Assembly: GCA_024704765.1 (NCBI GenBank)
Contig: JAKMXF010000332.1
Coordinates: forward strand, 292,018-356,017
Origin: Oopsacas minuta
Taxonomy: Eukaryota; Animalia; Porifera
DNA: 64,000 bases
Reading direction: 5' to 3'
The translations under genes were made by a program, and so were the position numbers. Under the pieces are notes generated by a model, which was not told where the DNA came from, ran no database searches, and saw only the letters and a program-made list of their open reading frames with translations. Positions 37,231-48,933 of the stretch are shown here, piece by piece; within the stretch, counting starts at the first letter, position 1, and every line of letters begins with the position of its first letter.

Positions 37231-37478
37231 TTTTTCTTTGTTCTTTTTTAGATCATTTTACTGTTGAAGTTTGTGTTGAAGACTGAAGCTATTGTATTGT
37301 TATTCGATTTGTTATATTCAGCTGGACGTTTATGATAGTATAATATATTAGTGTTAATACTAATAAGAGAATGTATTATGTTATTTGTTGCATACTACAT
37401 ATACGTATTGTACTGCTAAATATATGGTTTGAATATTAAAATCTATTATGTTGACTTTTAATATTCGAATATTAAATA

Positions 37479-37600
37479 GATCAGGCCGGGTGTGGTAAAT
37501 CATTTAAACTGATGATTAATAATTAACTAGGAGCAGTAGAATCACAACTATAGATAATACATTATACTTTGAAAGTCGGTGGTAATGACAATCCATGGTC
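37479..37600 (+). pseudogene. possible PIF1-type helicase fragment (Helitron helicase)
   Basis: Walker A-like QAGCGKSF followed by a frameshifted VGG.MTIH. Short and degenerate. Confidence 0.4.
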
Positions 37601-37699
37601 CAAAATTTCGATAGAGTGCCATTGCCTTAGTATATAGAATGCTATGCTTCAGCTTTAGACAGGCACACCCTTCAAGAAATCGGTCGGAGCGCCTCCGAA

Positions 37700-40600
37700 T
37701 TAACAGAACGTGGTCATGTATTTGGTCTCTGTAGCGTCCCAATCGTAGTCCTAGGTTGTGTCAACGTGACTGTAGATATTGGAGATCAACAGGTCGGGAC
37801 TTCGCGTTTCAAAGTAATCGATACTGACGAGAGGATCTTCATATTGGGCAGAGATTTTATGTCCAACTTTGATTCGGTTGAGTTCGACTGGGATAATTGC
37901 AAGGTATGTTTTGATGGTTTCTGGAAAGCATCGGTTGCTTCTTACAAGGGTGGGACTCCTTGGGATCGTTCTATCGTCGCCGAATGTTCGAATCAAGCTG
38001 ACAATACTTCTGAAATACACTATGACATCAACCCGAAATTGGACGGCGAGAGGCGAGAAGGACTAGCGCGTTTGCTTTGTGAGTTTGCTGATGTCTTCGT
38101 TTTGGATCCAAAGAAACCTACTCGGACGAATTTGGGTGAGCACCTGATTTACACGAATGGGGCTCAACCAGTCAAGCAACCACTACGCAGGATGCCTCCC
38201 ATATGGGAAGCCGAAGTGAATTGTCAAGTTGAGGAAATGCTACGGAATAGCGTTTGCCGACCTTCGAAATCTCCCTGGAACAGCTCCATTGTTTTGGTGA
38301 AAAGAAAGATGGCTCTTTGAGGTTTGCCATTGATTATCGAGCTTTGAATGACTTGACAAAGAAAGATTCGTATTCCATGCCTGACCCAAGGGTAATAATA
38401 GATAAGCTTCAAGGAAGTAACGTATTTCATTCCTGGACGCTGCATCAGCCTCTGCTGTGTGAAGGTTCGTGAGGAGGACGTTGAGAAGACTGCATTCAGC
38501 ATGCCGAGGGGACATTATGAGATGTTGGTTATGGCGTTTGGATTGTGCAACTCCCGAAGTACATTCCAGAGGGTAATGGATACCGCGCTCTATTCCGCCA
38601 TCAACACGGAGTCGTATGTAGACGATTGCTTAACTCATTCAGCCAATTGGAATCAGCACATGTCGGATTTGAGGGTGGCTCTGTCCTGCTTACGCAGCGC
38701 GAATATCCAGTTCTGGCGTGATAAGTGTCGTTTCGGTTACGACACTGGTGAGTTCCTGGGTCATACGATCTCCCCCTGGGGGCGCACTCCATCCCCATCC
38801 TTGGTAAAGAGCTTAACTGACTTTAAGCCTCCCTCGACAGTGAAGGAACTACAGAGGTTCCTTGGAATGGCTGACTTTTATCGTGACTATATTCCTGCTT
38901 TCGCACAGATATCCGAGCCTCTCTACCAACTGACTAGAAAGGGACATGCTTGGGATTGGAATGGTGAGAGGCAGTCTAGCTCTAGAAACTCAAGGCGAAA
39001 CTGACTAAGGAGCCGCCACCCTTTCCTTTCCCATGTGGGATAAGCCTTTCTACATTGAAGCTGATGCTAGCGATGTTTCAGTCTCTGGAGTACTCTCTCA
39101 GAAAGATTCAAGGTTACAACCTATAAGCTACTTCTTGTCGTCAATGACCTAAACTCAGAGAAATTACAGCGCAGCAGAAGGAGATGTGGGCCCTAGTAGC
39201 TGCAACACGGCACTGGTACGATTCTCTAAAAGCAGCAGACAGTGTTTACTTAGCAAACGACCACAATCTGCTCGCTTGATTACGAACTCAGAAAGATCCC
39301 CGACACACCTTCGCTAGGTGGATCCTAGAGCTGGAAGAACTTGACTATACAATATTATATCGAAAAGGAAGTGAAAATGTAGTGGGGGATTGTTTGAGTA
39401 GGAGCCAGACAGATTTTAATACTGCGATTAATGACGATTCGAGGTTCTTTGAAGACAAGGTTTACCAGCTCATTGCAAATCTGGACTGGGAGCAGGAGAT
39501 AAAAACGAACAATCTGATGATCCTTCTATTTCGTTCGCCATACAACAGATCGAGAATGGGGGTAGTGTGGCCAGAGGGAGGTATAAGAACGATTCAAGGA
39601 TGAGGATTTCAAAAGGTTTGTTGTGTCGCGGGACAAGAGTGGTCATACCACCCATGTTGAGGGAAAGGGTCATACGAATGGTCCATAACTTCGGGCACAT
39701 GGGTCACCTTAAAACAGCAGATGAGTTAAAAATGCGATATTTCTGGAAGGGTATGTATAAAGACGTGGAGGAAATTTGCTCGCGGTGTCTTGTTTGCCTC
39801 AAGCCCAAACACCACAACAAGCCGAAGGAAACACTCCAGCCCTATATAGTAGAAGAGCTGGCACCAGGAGTGCGTTAGCTTTTGACATCGCTACATTGCC
39901 ATGGGCAGATACTGGTGACCGATATTTTCTACTGATGGTAGATATGTTTTCACGCCTAGTGGAATTAGGTCCGATGAAGGATCAGAGCGCTGAATCAATA
40001 ATAGACGCCGTTAAGTCTGGATGGATCTTCAGGCACGGATTATCTCGTATTGTTGTGACGGATCAAGGCAGGAAAGTCGATGGTGTAGCGATGAACGAGT
40101 TGTGTACGCAGCTAGGTATTGAAAAAAAGGCGTTCCTCCCCTTACCATCCGAAGGGAGATGGACTGGCTGAGCACAGCATTGGGACGGTCAAGCAAGTAA
40201 TGCTTTGCTTGCTTGCAGATAGGAAGTTGAGGAAGACCGAATGGCCGTTACTACTAAACGAAGTATCATTTACGTGTAACTCTCTTAGAAATTCATCAAC
40301 AGGTCTGAGCCCGAATGAGATATTTTACAGTGAGAAACTTAGGAATAGCTTAGACTTGAACATCGGCTATTCAGTCAACGAGGGTGTTACAAGTGAAGAA
40401 TATTATGAGCAGCTTAGGGACAGGAGAAATCGACTTGAGGAGATTGGTAGAGAAAACGCTGAAGAAGCATATAGAAGGACAAAGCTGTTCCATGATCGAG
40501 GAAAGGTGGATTCTGATATCGGAGAAGATGATCAAGTCATTCTTAAGGATCGGTCAGGCGTAGCAGTTTAGACCCAATCTTCATAGGTCCATATATTGTT

Positions 40601-41130
40601 GTCGCAAGAAGAAGGACGAACGTTCGAATACTCGAACCAACGAGTAAGAAGGAGAAGTGGGTACACCTGAGCAGGTGCAAAGCTTTTCGCAGGATGACAT
40701 ATTGTAGTCCTCAGATGATAAGCACCGATAATTTAGCAGGAGAGTATATTCATCCCGAAGAAGAAGGAAATGAGGGGCTTAGCGAAGTAGAAGGAGAAGA
40801 AGAAGACAATAACCCTACTAGAGTAGGGGAAGGGATTGGAGGAGAGGCGAAACCAAAACGCCAAAGAAGGAAGACTGAATTCTTTGCAGAACCTATTCCT
40901 TGGGATGTAATGAAATGACAAGGATCAAGATTGGGCCCCTTGGATAGAAGGAGGGGGTGATGCTATAGTATTAGAGGATAGCTTGTTAGTTAACCATAAG
41001 TTAGTACGTAGCTTTAATAGTTATGTAGAATAGAGTAGGCTAATTTTGAGCAACTTACTTATTACTATTTCTTTCGGACATACTTGATTAAACCTATATC
41101 GCTTGTCTCATAACACACCATTCGATAGCA
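37700..41130 (+). mobile_element. Ty3/Gypsy LTR retrotransposon, 5'-truncated, pol pseudogene
   Basis: Order PR (ILGRDF), RT (SPWNSS, RFAIDYR.LN, MAFGLCN, YVDD), RNase H (EADASD), IN (HNFGHMG..C..C, AFDIATLP, VTDQG, YHPKGDGLAE, FIGPY), PPT and 3' LTR. No gag or 5' LTR seen. Confidence 0.92.
40961..41130 (+). repeat. candidate 3' LTR (170 bp)
   Basis: Follows the purine tract GGATAGAAGGAGGGGG. Termini TGCTAT...ATAGCA form a perfect 6-bp inverted pair. Confidence 0.65.
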
Positions 41131-41299
41131 AATATGCGACTCACTATTACCAAATAATGAATCTTAAGGGGCTAAGTCAAAGGAATTAGACAATTCAGAC
41201 AATTTAAAGTCAATTTTTGCGAAAATGACACAGCAAAATATAAAACCACAAGTGTCAACTCGAAATAATCATCAAATTTATGTCTCGTATTTTCCTCGA

Positions 41300-43135
41300 A
41301 AAGAGTGAAGGCAACTTTTGCCTTAGGTAGAAGTTGACCCGCCGACGATTTATACTTTCCTCGATCCGGCCTAGTTTGTAAGATTAGTAAGTAGGTTTCT
41401 TGACTTGCCACACGAAATCTGTCTACATCGACAACTTCACTACTATTAGCAACTCTGAGTAATGCAGATAAAATCCTGAATCTGTTAGAGCCTCTCCATT
41501 AATATTTGGTACAAACGATAAAGCGGTCTAAAACACGGTTTTGTATATGAAAAAATGTGCTTTCCATGTACCAGTACTTGTGTTCCCACTTCCTCTGGAT
41601 GGTCGAATTATAAGTTCGTAAGCTCATGGATACGCATACTTGCATACTAAACCCCGATAATCTCGCACCATTTGATCCTCAGTACACTTGGACTTTCCTG
41701 CTACAACTCGGCAGATGAGGTTCAAGAACTAATCTAAAATGCTCAGATAAGAATGTAAAGATGCTGCAGGAAATACATCAATGCCATTTGCAAGTTCGTG
41801 TGTAATCCCACACCATTGCTTTGTATTGTAGCTCATTAGCTCTTCTCCATCAGAGGTTAACTGACGGATTATCTCTTTGATATCCTCTATCAAACAATCC
41901 AAAGGAACACGCAAGCAACTTTCGTAATATTATTTATATCACTTCGGGTGCTTTGCAGGCAATACATGGCGCTCATCCTTTACCTGTCATTGTTGCCAAG
42001 GTTTTGCCGTCAAACATTGAAGCTTTGACTTCTACTTTAACATGGCGATTTTGGTGATCAAAACCATTTACATTAAGTGAAAAAATTTCAAGGTTTAGTA
42101 ACTTGCTCGATTCTATTTCAGTGTCAATAGTCTCCTTTTGGTAAATAAGTGCTACTGGTTGGTTTGGAAAACACGAGTTAGGATGCCGACTTTCCCACAG
42201 AACATTCCCGAATCGCTCTATTACCTGAAGGGGTGAAACCATGAAGACAATATAATTTGACCGGTCAAAATTCAAGTCTGATAATAACCCAGGAGAGGTA
42301 TGAGATCCAGAACCATCCAGTCCATGCTTGATTTTGAGTGTTAATGGATAAAAGTGTGGTGCAGGAATATTAGCACAGATTCTTTTAATAACCAATCAAA
42401 GAGAAGATTACATGCGATGGGTAAGATATATAGACCCCTATAGGATTGGAAACATTTGGATACCAGTTAATGTTGGAACAATGGACTTTCTAATTTCATT
42501 AATCGTTTAGCAAGTTGCCAAAACGAGGCCTTCTGATTGGAGATAATATTTAAGATCTCTCCATTTTCCTTTTCCGAGCTTAAGTATTTATGCTAAGAAT
42601 GTTGATTTTTTTGGTGAAACAATGTTACTACGGGTTGGTATCGATTCTTTGTTATAGATTTTCTAAGCGATTTTTGCGATGCCTTTAATATCAATTTGTT
42701 CTACAGCTACAATATACAAGAGGAGAGCAACGTAGCGAATAACAGAAATATTTTCAAGTTGTGCTAACTGAAGGATGGAAATAAGTATCCCAGTCTGAAT
42801 AAGCCTGATCTTTTAGAATCAACTTGAATTTCATCAATTGATTTTCTCCTTCCTACATTTGGAACCAATATAACACCTCTTTCTACATCACAGCCTGAAA
42901 CAGAAAGAAATGATTGGGTACTCTTAGGTTTAACAGGGATCCATGGAATACTTGCACACCACCAATCACCATCTACGCTCTCAATAGATTTCTTACTCTT
43001 TCTGACATTAGTTGATATCTTAGATATTAGAGAGCATACAGAATGTCTCTTGTTTTCCTCGAGATTTAGTAAACGCACCACTTCATCTACTGCATGATTG
43101 ATATCATAGTCGTGAGCCTTCAATATGATAGCCAA
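41300..43135 (-). pseudogene. Transib/RAG1-core-like transposase, decayed copy 1
   Basis: HGLDGSGSH (D1), W....PNS, SMFDGK (D2), C..C and FPAASLHSYL. The N-terminal VRKSKKSIESVDGDWW and RRKSID segments are homologous to the copy at 54253. Confidence 0.75.
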
Positions 43136-43699
43136 GTCAAGATAATTATTGCGTGATATTGGTTTAAAATAACCATGTAATTACATTACATTACATTGCA
43201 CCATAGCAACGTAGATGTGAGAATGGAATTTGACAAAATTGAATATGTTCCGCAATGAAGCTGCATTTGTACTTTTAATATGATGTTTATATTACTTTAC
43301 ATGAATATATACTAAAAATTCAGGGTGGAAACTAGTGGAAACAAATTATGCTGCGCCAATATGGCTTATGTCCGAGAGTAATTTCTACAAATTTTTCACA
43401 GTATTGTATCAGTAATATCTTATTAACCTTTTCTTTCCTGAATAAAATGAATAACATATTCAAATTCAGCCCACTCATTTTGCTTGGAAAGCAATGTAAA
43501 TGAACAATAGAATACATCATAAATTCAACAGATTACTAAAATAGCTTCTGTCATTGGATATAATGGATGTCTAACATAGAATACAGCAATGAAGTCCTAC
43601 ATTTGGATGACCACAAAAATAGAACTACTTAACTATTTCATCTGATACTTTACATATTGCTCATTGAATACATCTAGAAACTATTTCATAATTCTAAAT

Positions 43700-46600
43700 C
43701 AGGGGTCTTCAACCTGCGACTCGCGGGATAATTCTTGTTTTGTTTATTTTGTCTTCACTTTGTTAATTTTGAAATTTGTTGTATTTTATTCAACAGATAT
43801 TGTGAATATACTTAAATAGTAGCACTTTTTTGTTTCTCAATTCTGGAAACCTTGATGGTGTTTAAAGTGTATAGAAGACCTTTGTTGTCTTCAGTAATTA
43901 ATTTAAGTCTTCAGTCAATATTCAAATACAAACAAAAGTATAAATCAGAAGTATTTGACAATATACAATTTCATTTTCGGATTTCAAATACTCTCAAAAT
44001 ACACATTCTTTATTATTCATTAATTATTTACGTATCCACTATGGCTACTTCTACGTCGAAAAAGCGGAAGATACAAGAAGAAAATCGGTCATTCAAGATA
44101 GAATGGGAAATTAAGTATTTTTGCGTGGAGGACAGTGGCAAGTTCATTTGCCTAATATGCCGTGAAACAATAGCTTCCGCTAAAAAAGGAAACTTTGAAA
44201 GGCATTACAATACCAAACACCAATCAAATTTTGTGGGAATTCTTGGGGAATCACGAAAGACTAAACTAGACAATCTTAAAAGAAACTTGAAGAGTGAACA
44301 ATCAATCTTTTCAAAAAATGATAATTCGGTTAAGTCTATCACAGCAGTTAGCTTTGCTATCAGTAATATAATCGCGAAACGTATGAAACCATTTACGGAA
44401 GGTGAATTTATGAAGGAATGCCTAAATGAATTCGCTGATCAATGTTGTCCAGACAAAAAACAACTAATACAGCAGGTATCCTTGAGCGCTACGGCAGTAA
44501 TGCGTCGAGTGGAATCAATTTCTAAAGATATTCATACACAACTATTGGAAAAGACAAGTTGTTTTAGTTTCTGTAGCTTGGCACTTGATGAAAGTAAAGA
44601 TATTTGTGATATTGAGCAATTGGCAATCTGGATAAGAGGCGTTGATGAAAACTTCAACATTACCGAGGAATTACTGTCTCTGCGTTCTATGCATGGAAGA
44701 ACTCGTGGCATTGATATTTTCGAAGAGTTTCTTAAGATTGTGTCGGAAAACAACATTCCTGCCTTAAAGTTATCTGGCATTTCAACAGATGGAGCTCCAT
44801 CAATGCTTGGTACAGGTTCAGGGTTTAAAGGTCAAGTTCTACGATGGTTGACAGAAAATAATGTGACAGAAATATCATGGTGTCACTGTATTATTCATCA
44901 AGAGGCCCTATGTGTGAAAACACTTGGACTGGAAAATGTTATGAAGTTGATAGTAGACGTTGTAAATTTTATCAGATCTAATGAGTGAATGATAGAGAAT
45001 TTAAAGAATTTTTGAAAGTTCTCGATTCAGATTACGGAGATGTATTATATTTTACAAGTGTTAGGTGGCTGAGTAGAGTAGTTCTTAAGGAGTCTTGCCG
45101 CGAACTTTGTATTACGATATGGGCTATTTTTTAAAGTATATGCTATTCTACTTCCTTAATGTATTCCAGTTCGTTGGACTTGCCAAACTAAGAGATAATA
45201 ATCATAAACCCCGATGTATCTAGTGTGTATTACGAATTGGGCATGAAAAGGTGGCAAAAGTCCTCCCATAGGCGTAACATTAAAGTTTGGGACATATTTT
45301 CTAATGTTTTTTGAAGAAGGACTATTGCCTAAGACCCATAAATTGTTATATATGCTTACCATATGTAGTTCTAATTTCTGGACCACAATTAGGCCCGAGT
45401 ACGGCTCCAATAAGAAGATATTAACGGTTGAAGGGGGATTTGGTAAAAATAGGCTAAAAACCGGAGTCCGCAGGACTTAGGGTGGGATATCATGAAAATT
45501 ATTCGTTCATTCATTCCAAATGTGGTCCAGATTTTAGATAACAGTGTATAAATGCTTCCCCAAAATTTTCAGAGCATAAGAATTAGTCTTTCTTCAAAAA
45601 ACAATAGACTATATGGCGAAAAACATAGTTTTGAGATAATTGAAGTTAAAGATTCATAAAATATATCTTTTGAATATATACATATCATAGTGGTGTTTCG
45701 TCCCGCTAGGACTCATCAGTTAAGCTATGCCTTGTCTTAAGACAACACCTTCTCTTAACTGTTAACAAACAATAAAAAATAAGTCAAAAGGTGTAATAAT
45801 TTCAACTCAAGACTGGGTACAGCATGGAGATCATCAAGTGATCAATCAAGCCCACTGTCCAGTTCTGTACATCTCTGATAGAAAGATCAAAAGGAGTAAA
45901 TAAATATTGTATAAGACTAAGTTAGTAAGTGTAAAAGATATTATTAGAGCCAAAAATACAATCACTATTGTATCTAAGTAAAGCTATAACATGGTGTTTA
46001 TACCACCCAAGTAGTAGAAATTACGTATATACGAGTATGCACATACTCTCTTATGCATATTCTCTAAGAAAGTATCATATAAAATGCATTGTATATAGCA
46101 ATAGCATAACGAGTAATGTCACAAATTCAAGAACTCAAAAATTTTATTTCTATCGCTCAGCACCCCTAGAATCGGGAGGCCTTAATCAAGATTCTCGGAG
46201 ACGTGAAAAGGGAGAAACATGAACGTGAGCAGGTCGCTCGCCTCTTTGCAAAATGGAAACGTTTTGCAAGGGGGGACGATCGCGACGTTCAATGCGGCCC
46301 ATTCCACGTGCAAAGAGGGTCAAGGCCAATGATCTACGTATACAGTGGGCATTAATTTGGTGGAGTTCTTCCGCCCAATGTCAATCTAATACGTATGCAT
46401 TGCGAACTTTCCGTGAGGAAAGTGACCGACGCAGGTTCTGGGAGGCTTCGTAGCGAGCTGGCTTTTTTTAAAGCCCGCAGGAAATGATGAATCTGATCCT
46501 GCGTCATTTTTACACGAAAGAGTAAACGCATGAATTAATAATAACTTGGGATCAAATATATAATTTTGAAAAATGTCTATTTTTAGAAGAAGATGACGCC

Positions 46601-47640
46601 ACAAATTGTTACATAACTCACACTAGAATATTCGGATTTGAAAAATTTCAATGTAGGAATGATAACAATACATGTGAGTATGTTTCCAAATAATAAACTC
46701 AATAAAAAAATTTGCCTAAAAATGACAAAATTTCGCGGCAAGACACCTTAAAAGAGTTTAGGAATTACGAGATGAAATATCAAGTTTCTTAGCCTCATAG
46801 GGCAAGAAAGTTCCTGAATTCGAAGATACAATTGGATTAGCGACTTTGCCTTCCTTGAGATATGAGTACACACCTAAATATTCTAAATTCTACATTTCAG
46901 GGAAAGAACATGTTGATTCATGAACTTTATGCCACAATTCGAAGTTTTGAGATGAAACATGCTCTATTTAAGTTACAGCTTAAAAATAACAATTTTTCTC
47001 ACTTTCCAGCACTAAAATCACAAGATAGTACCGATGGAAACAAATATGCCGATATTATTTCAAATCTCCAAGAAAACTTTGATACTCGATTTGGAGATTT
47101 TAGAAATCAACAACAAAGCTTCGAGATTTTTGCACAGCCTTTCAGTTTGATCCGCAATATGCTCCACAGGAGCTTCAACTTGAACTCATAGACCTGCAGT
47201 CGAGCATAGATCTCAAGACAGACTTCAAGGATGTTAGAGTAATTAGTTTCTATAAAACTCTTCCTTCAGATATCTATCCTGCTATTTTAAAACACGCAAG
47301 AAGGATAACTAGTTTATTTGGAAGCACTTACACTTGCGAGGCATTTTTCTCTAAAATGAAATACATCAAGAACAAATATAGAAGTAATTTGACTGATGAC
47401 CACCTCCAAGACGTTCTTCGTATTTCATCGACTGATATGAAACCTAATATAGATGGCATCTTAATACAACAACAAAAACAGTACCAACCTTCACATTAAT
47501 ATTTTACTCTGATAAATTACTCATAACAATACAGTACTATATTAATATATAGAATCATAATCCTTAACTTTTAATGCGGCTCGCCAATCTAAAACGAAAC
47601 TAATATTTGGCTCATAGAAGAAAAAGGTTGAAGACCCCTG
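43700..47640 (+). mobile_element. hAT element (GTF2IRD2/EPM2AIP1-like transposase), interrupted
   Basis: Perfect 16-bp TIR CAGGGGTCTTCAACCT and perfect 8-bp TSD TTCTAAAT. Transposase from ATG 44041 to TAA 47499 with ALDES, STDGAPSM, HCIIHQ, VRWLSR and FGSTYTCE; stops, frameshifts and a nested insert. Confidence 0.95.
45089..46747. mobile_element. Kolobok-like non-autonomous element nested in the hAT ORF
   Basis: TIR GG(A/T)GTCTTGCCGCGAA and TTAA TSD (45085-45088, 46748-46751), with RR..YY termini. Excision restores hAT ..VLKRV.ELRDEI. Confidence 0.75.
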
Positions 47641-48783
47641 TTCTAAATGATATAAATTGAAGGCACGAATTTGGGATTAATGCATCCTAGTAGCCCACTG
47701 TACACTTAATCACAATTAGGAGACATAATCCACCAATTCGAAACGAAATGATCATCAAATACAGTAAAAACTTCAGAAAGTGAACAGCCCGGGGACAAAG
47801 AAAATTGTTCACTCTTCATGATTTATCATAAAAAGTCTTTCTATTAGAAATTATCAATAACAATCATTTGTGTTAACTTGTTTAAACACTACAAAAGAAG
47901 TCGCCAATAACAGTTTGTTTCTTCTATTGCTTCAGCATGAGTACTAGGTATTTTCATATGCTTCAATATTCATACACTTTTTAAAATATTGGATGGTCTT
48001 GTGTCATGATGTCTAAAAAGCATCTTACAAATTGCTTTTATTCACTTTTAAATACATTTACAACGTAAGTTTTTGTTCTTATCCTAGTTAGGATCGCGGT
48101 GTGCAACTTCTAACATTCTCTGGGACCGGTAGTGCCGCTTCACTCTATCCTATTGTGTAATGAAGCTACAGCCTGTTCACTTTTTAGAGATCATATCCAA
48201 TGCAATTTGGACATTTGAGAACATAGATTAGGTGTTCACATTTCACTTTTCAGTGTTCACAAGTTGGATGGTAATATTGTGTAACAGAATGGAAATTTTC
48301 TGGAGCGAGAAATGGTTTCATATTTTGGAGTTGTTATTTCTTAGTGGTGTTCACTTTTGGAGGTTTTAATGTATGTAAAATTGCTAAGCTCAATGTAGTT
48401 TAGTTACTGGTGACTCAGCGTCATACAATTAGAAATTTGTTTTAAACAAACACATTATTAGCTACTGCTCAGCCAAAATAGATTTTAGATGGTTGAGAGT
48501 TTAACCACATGTAGTCCTCTATATCCAGTGATAATTACAGCCTAAACCCTTAAAATTCATTGGATGGACTATGGGCAGGGCCAATCCCAGGAATTTTAGA
48601 TGGGGGTGCAACATAAGTTTGCCAACTGTAAATTGAAACCGTGTTATCTATAACGGACCAAGGGTGAACAACATAAAAGTGGGCGTTAGAGGGGAGGACA
48701 AAGGATTATCAATAGGGGGTTCATAAGTTCTAGCGTAGCGAACGTTTTTATGGGGTCTTTGCACAGAACCAATTTTGATTATA

Positions 48784-48933
48784 CAGTAAAGTCTCGTTAA
48801 TACGAACACGGTTAAGGAGTAAAAATGTGTATACTTTAACAGTCCTTTCGATGCCTTTTCAATGTAAATTAGTTCGGATAAGGAGTACAAATTTTGGCAG
48901 TCCCCTGGTGTATGTATTAACAAGAGTCTATTG
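48784..48933. mobile_element. Tigger/pogo-type MITE
   Basis: TA|CAGTAAAGTCTCGTTAATAC ... GTATTAACAAGAGTCTATTG|TA; homologous to 1469-1634. Confidence 0.75.

Noticed and set aside
43852-44040. N-terminal 63 aa of ORF 43852-44988
   Set aside because: AT-rich 5' UTR read-through; the hAT protein plausibly starts at ATG 44041 (MATSTSKKRK).
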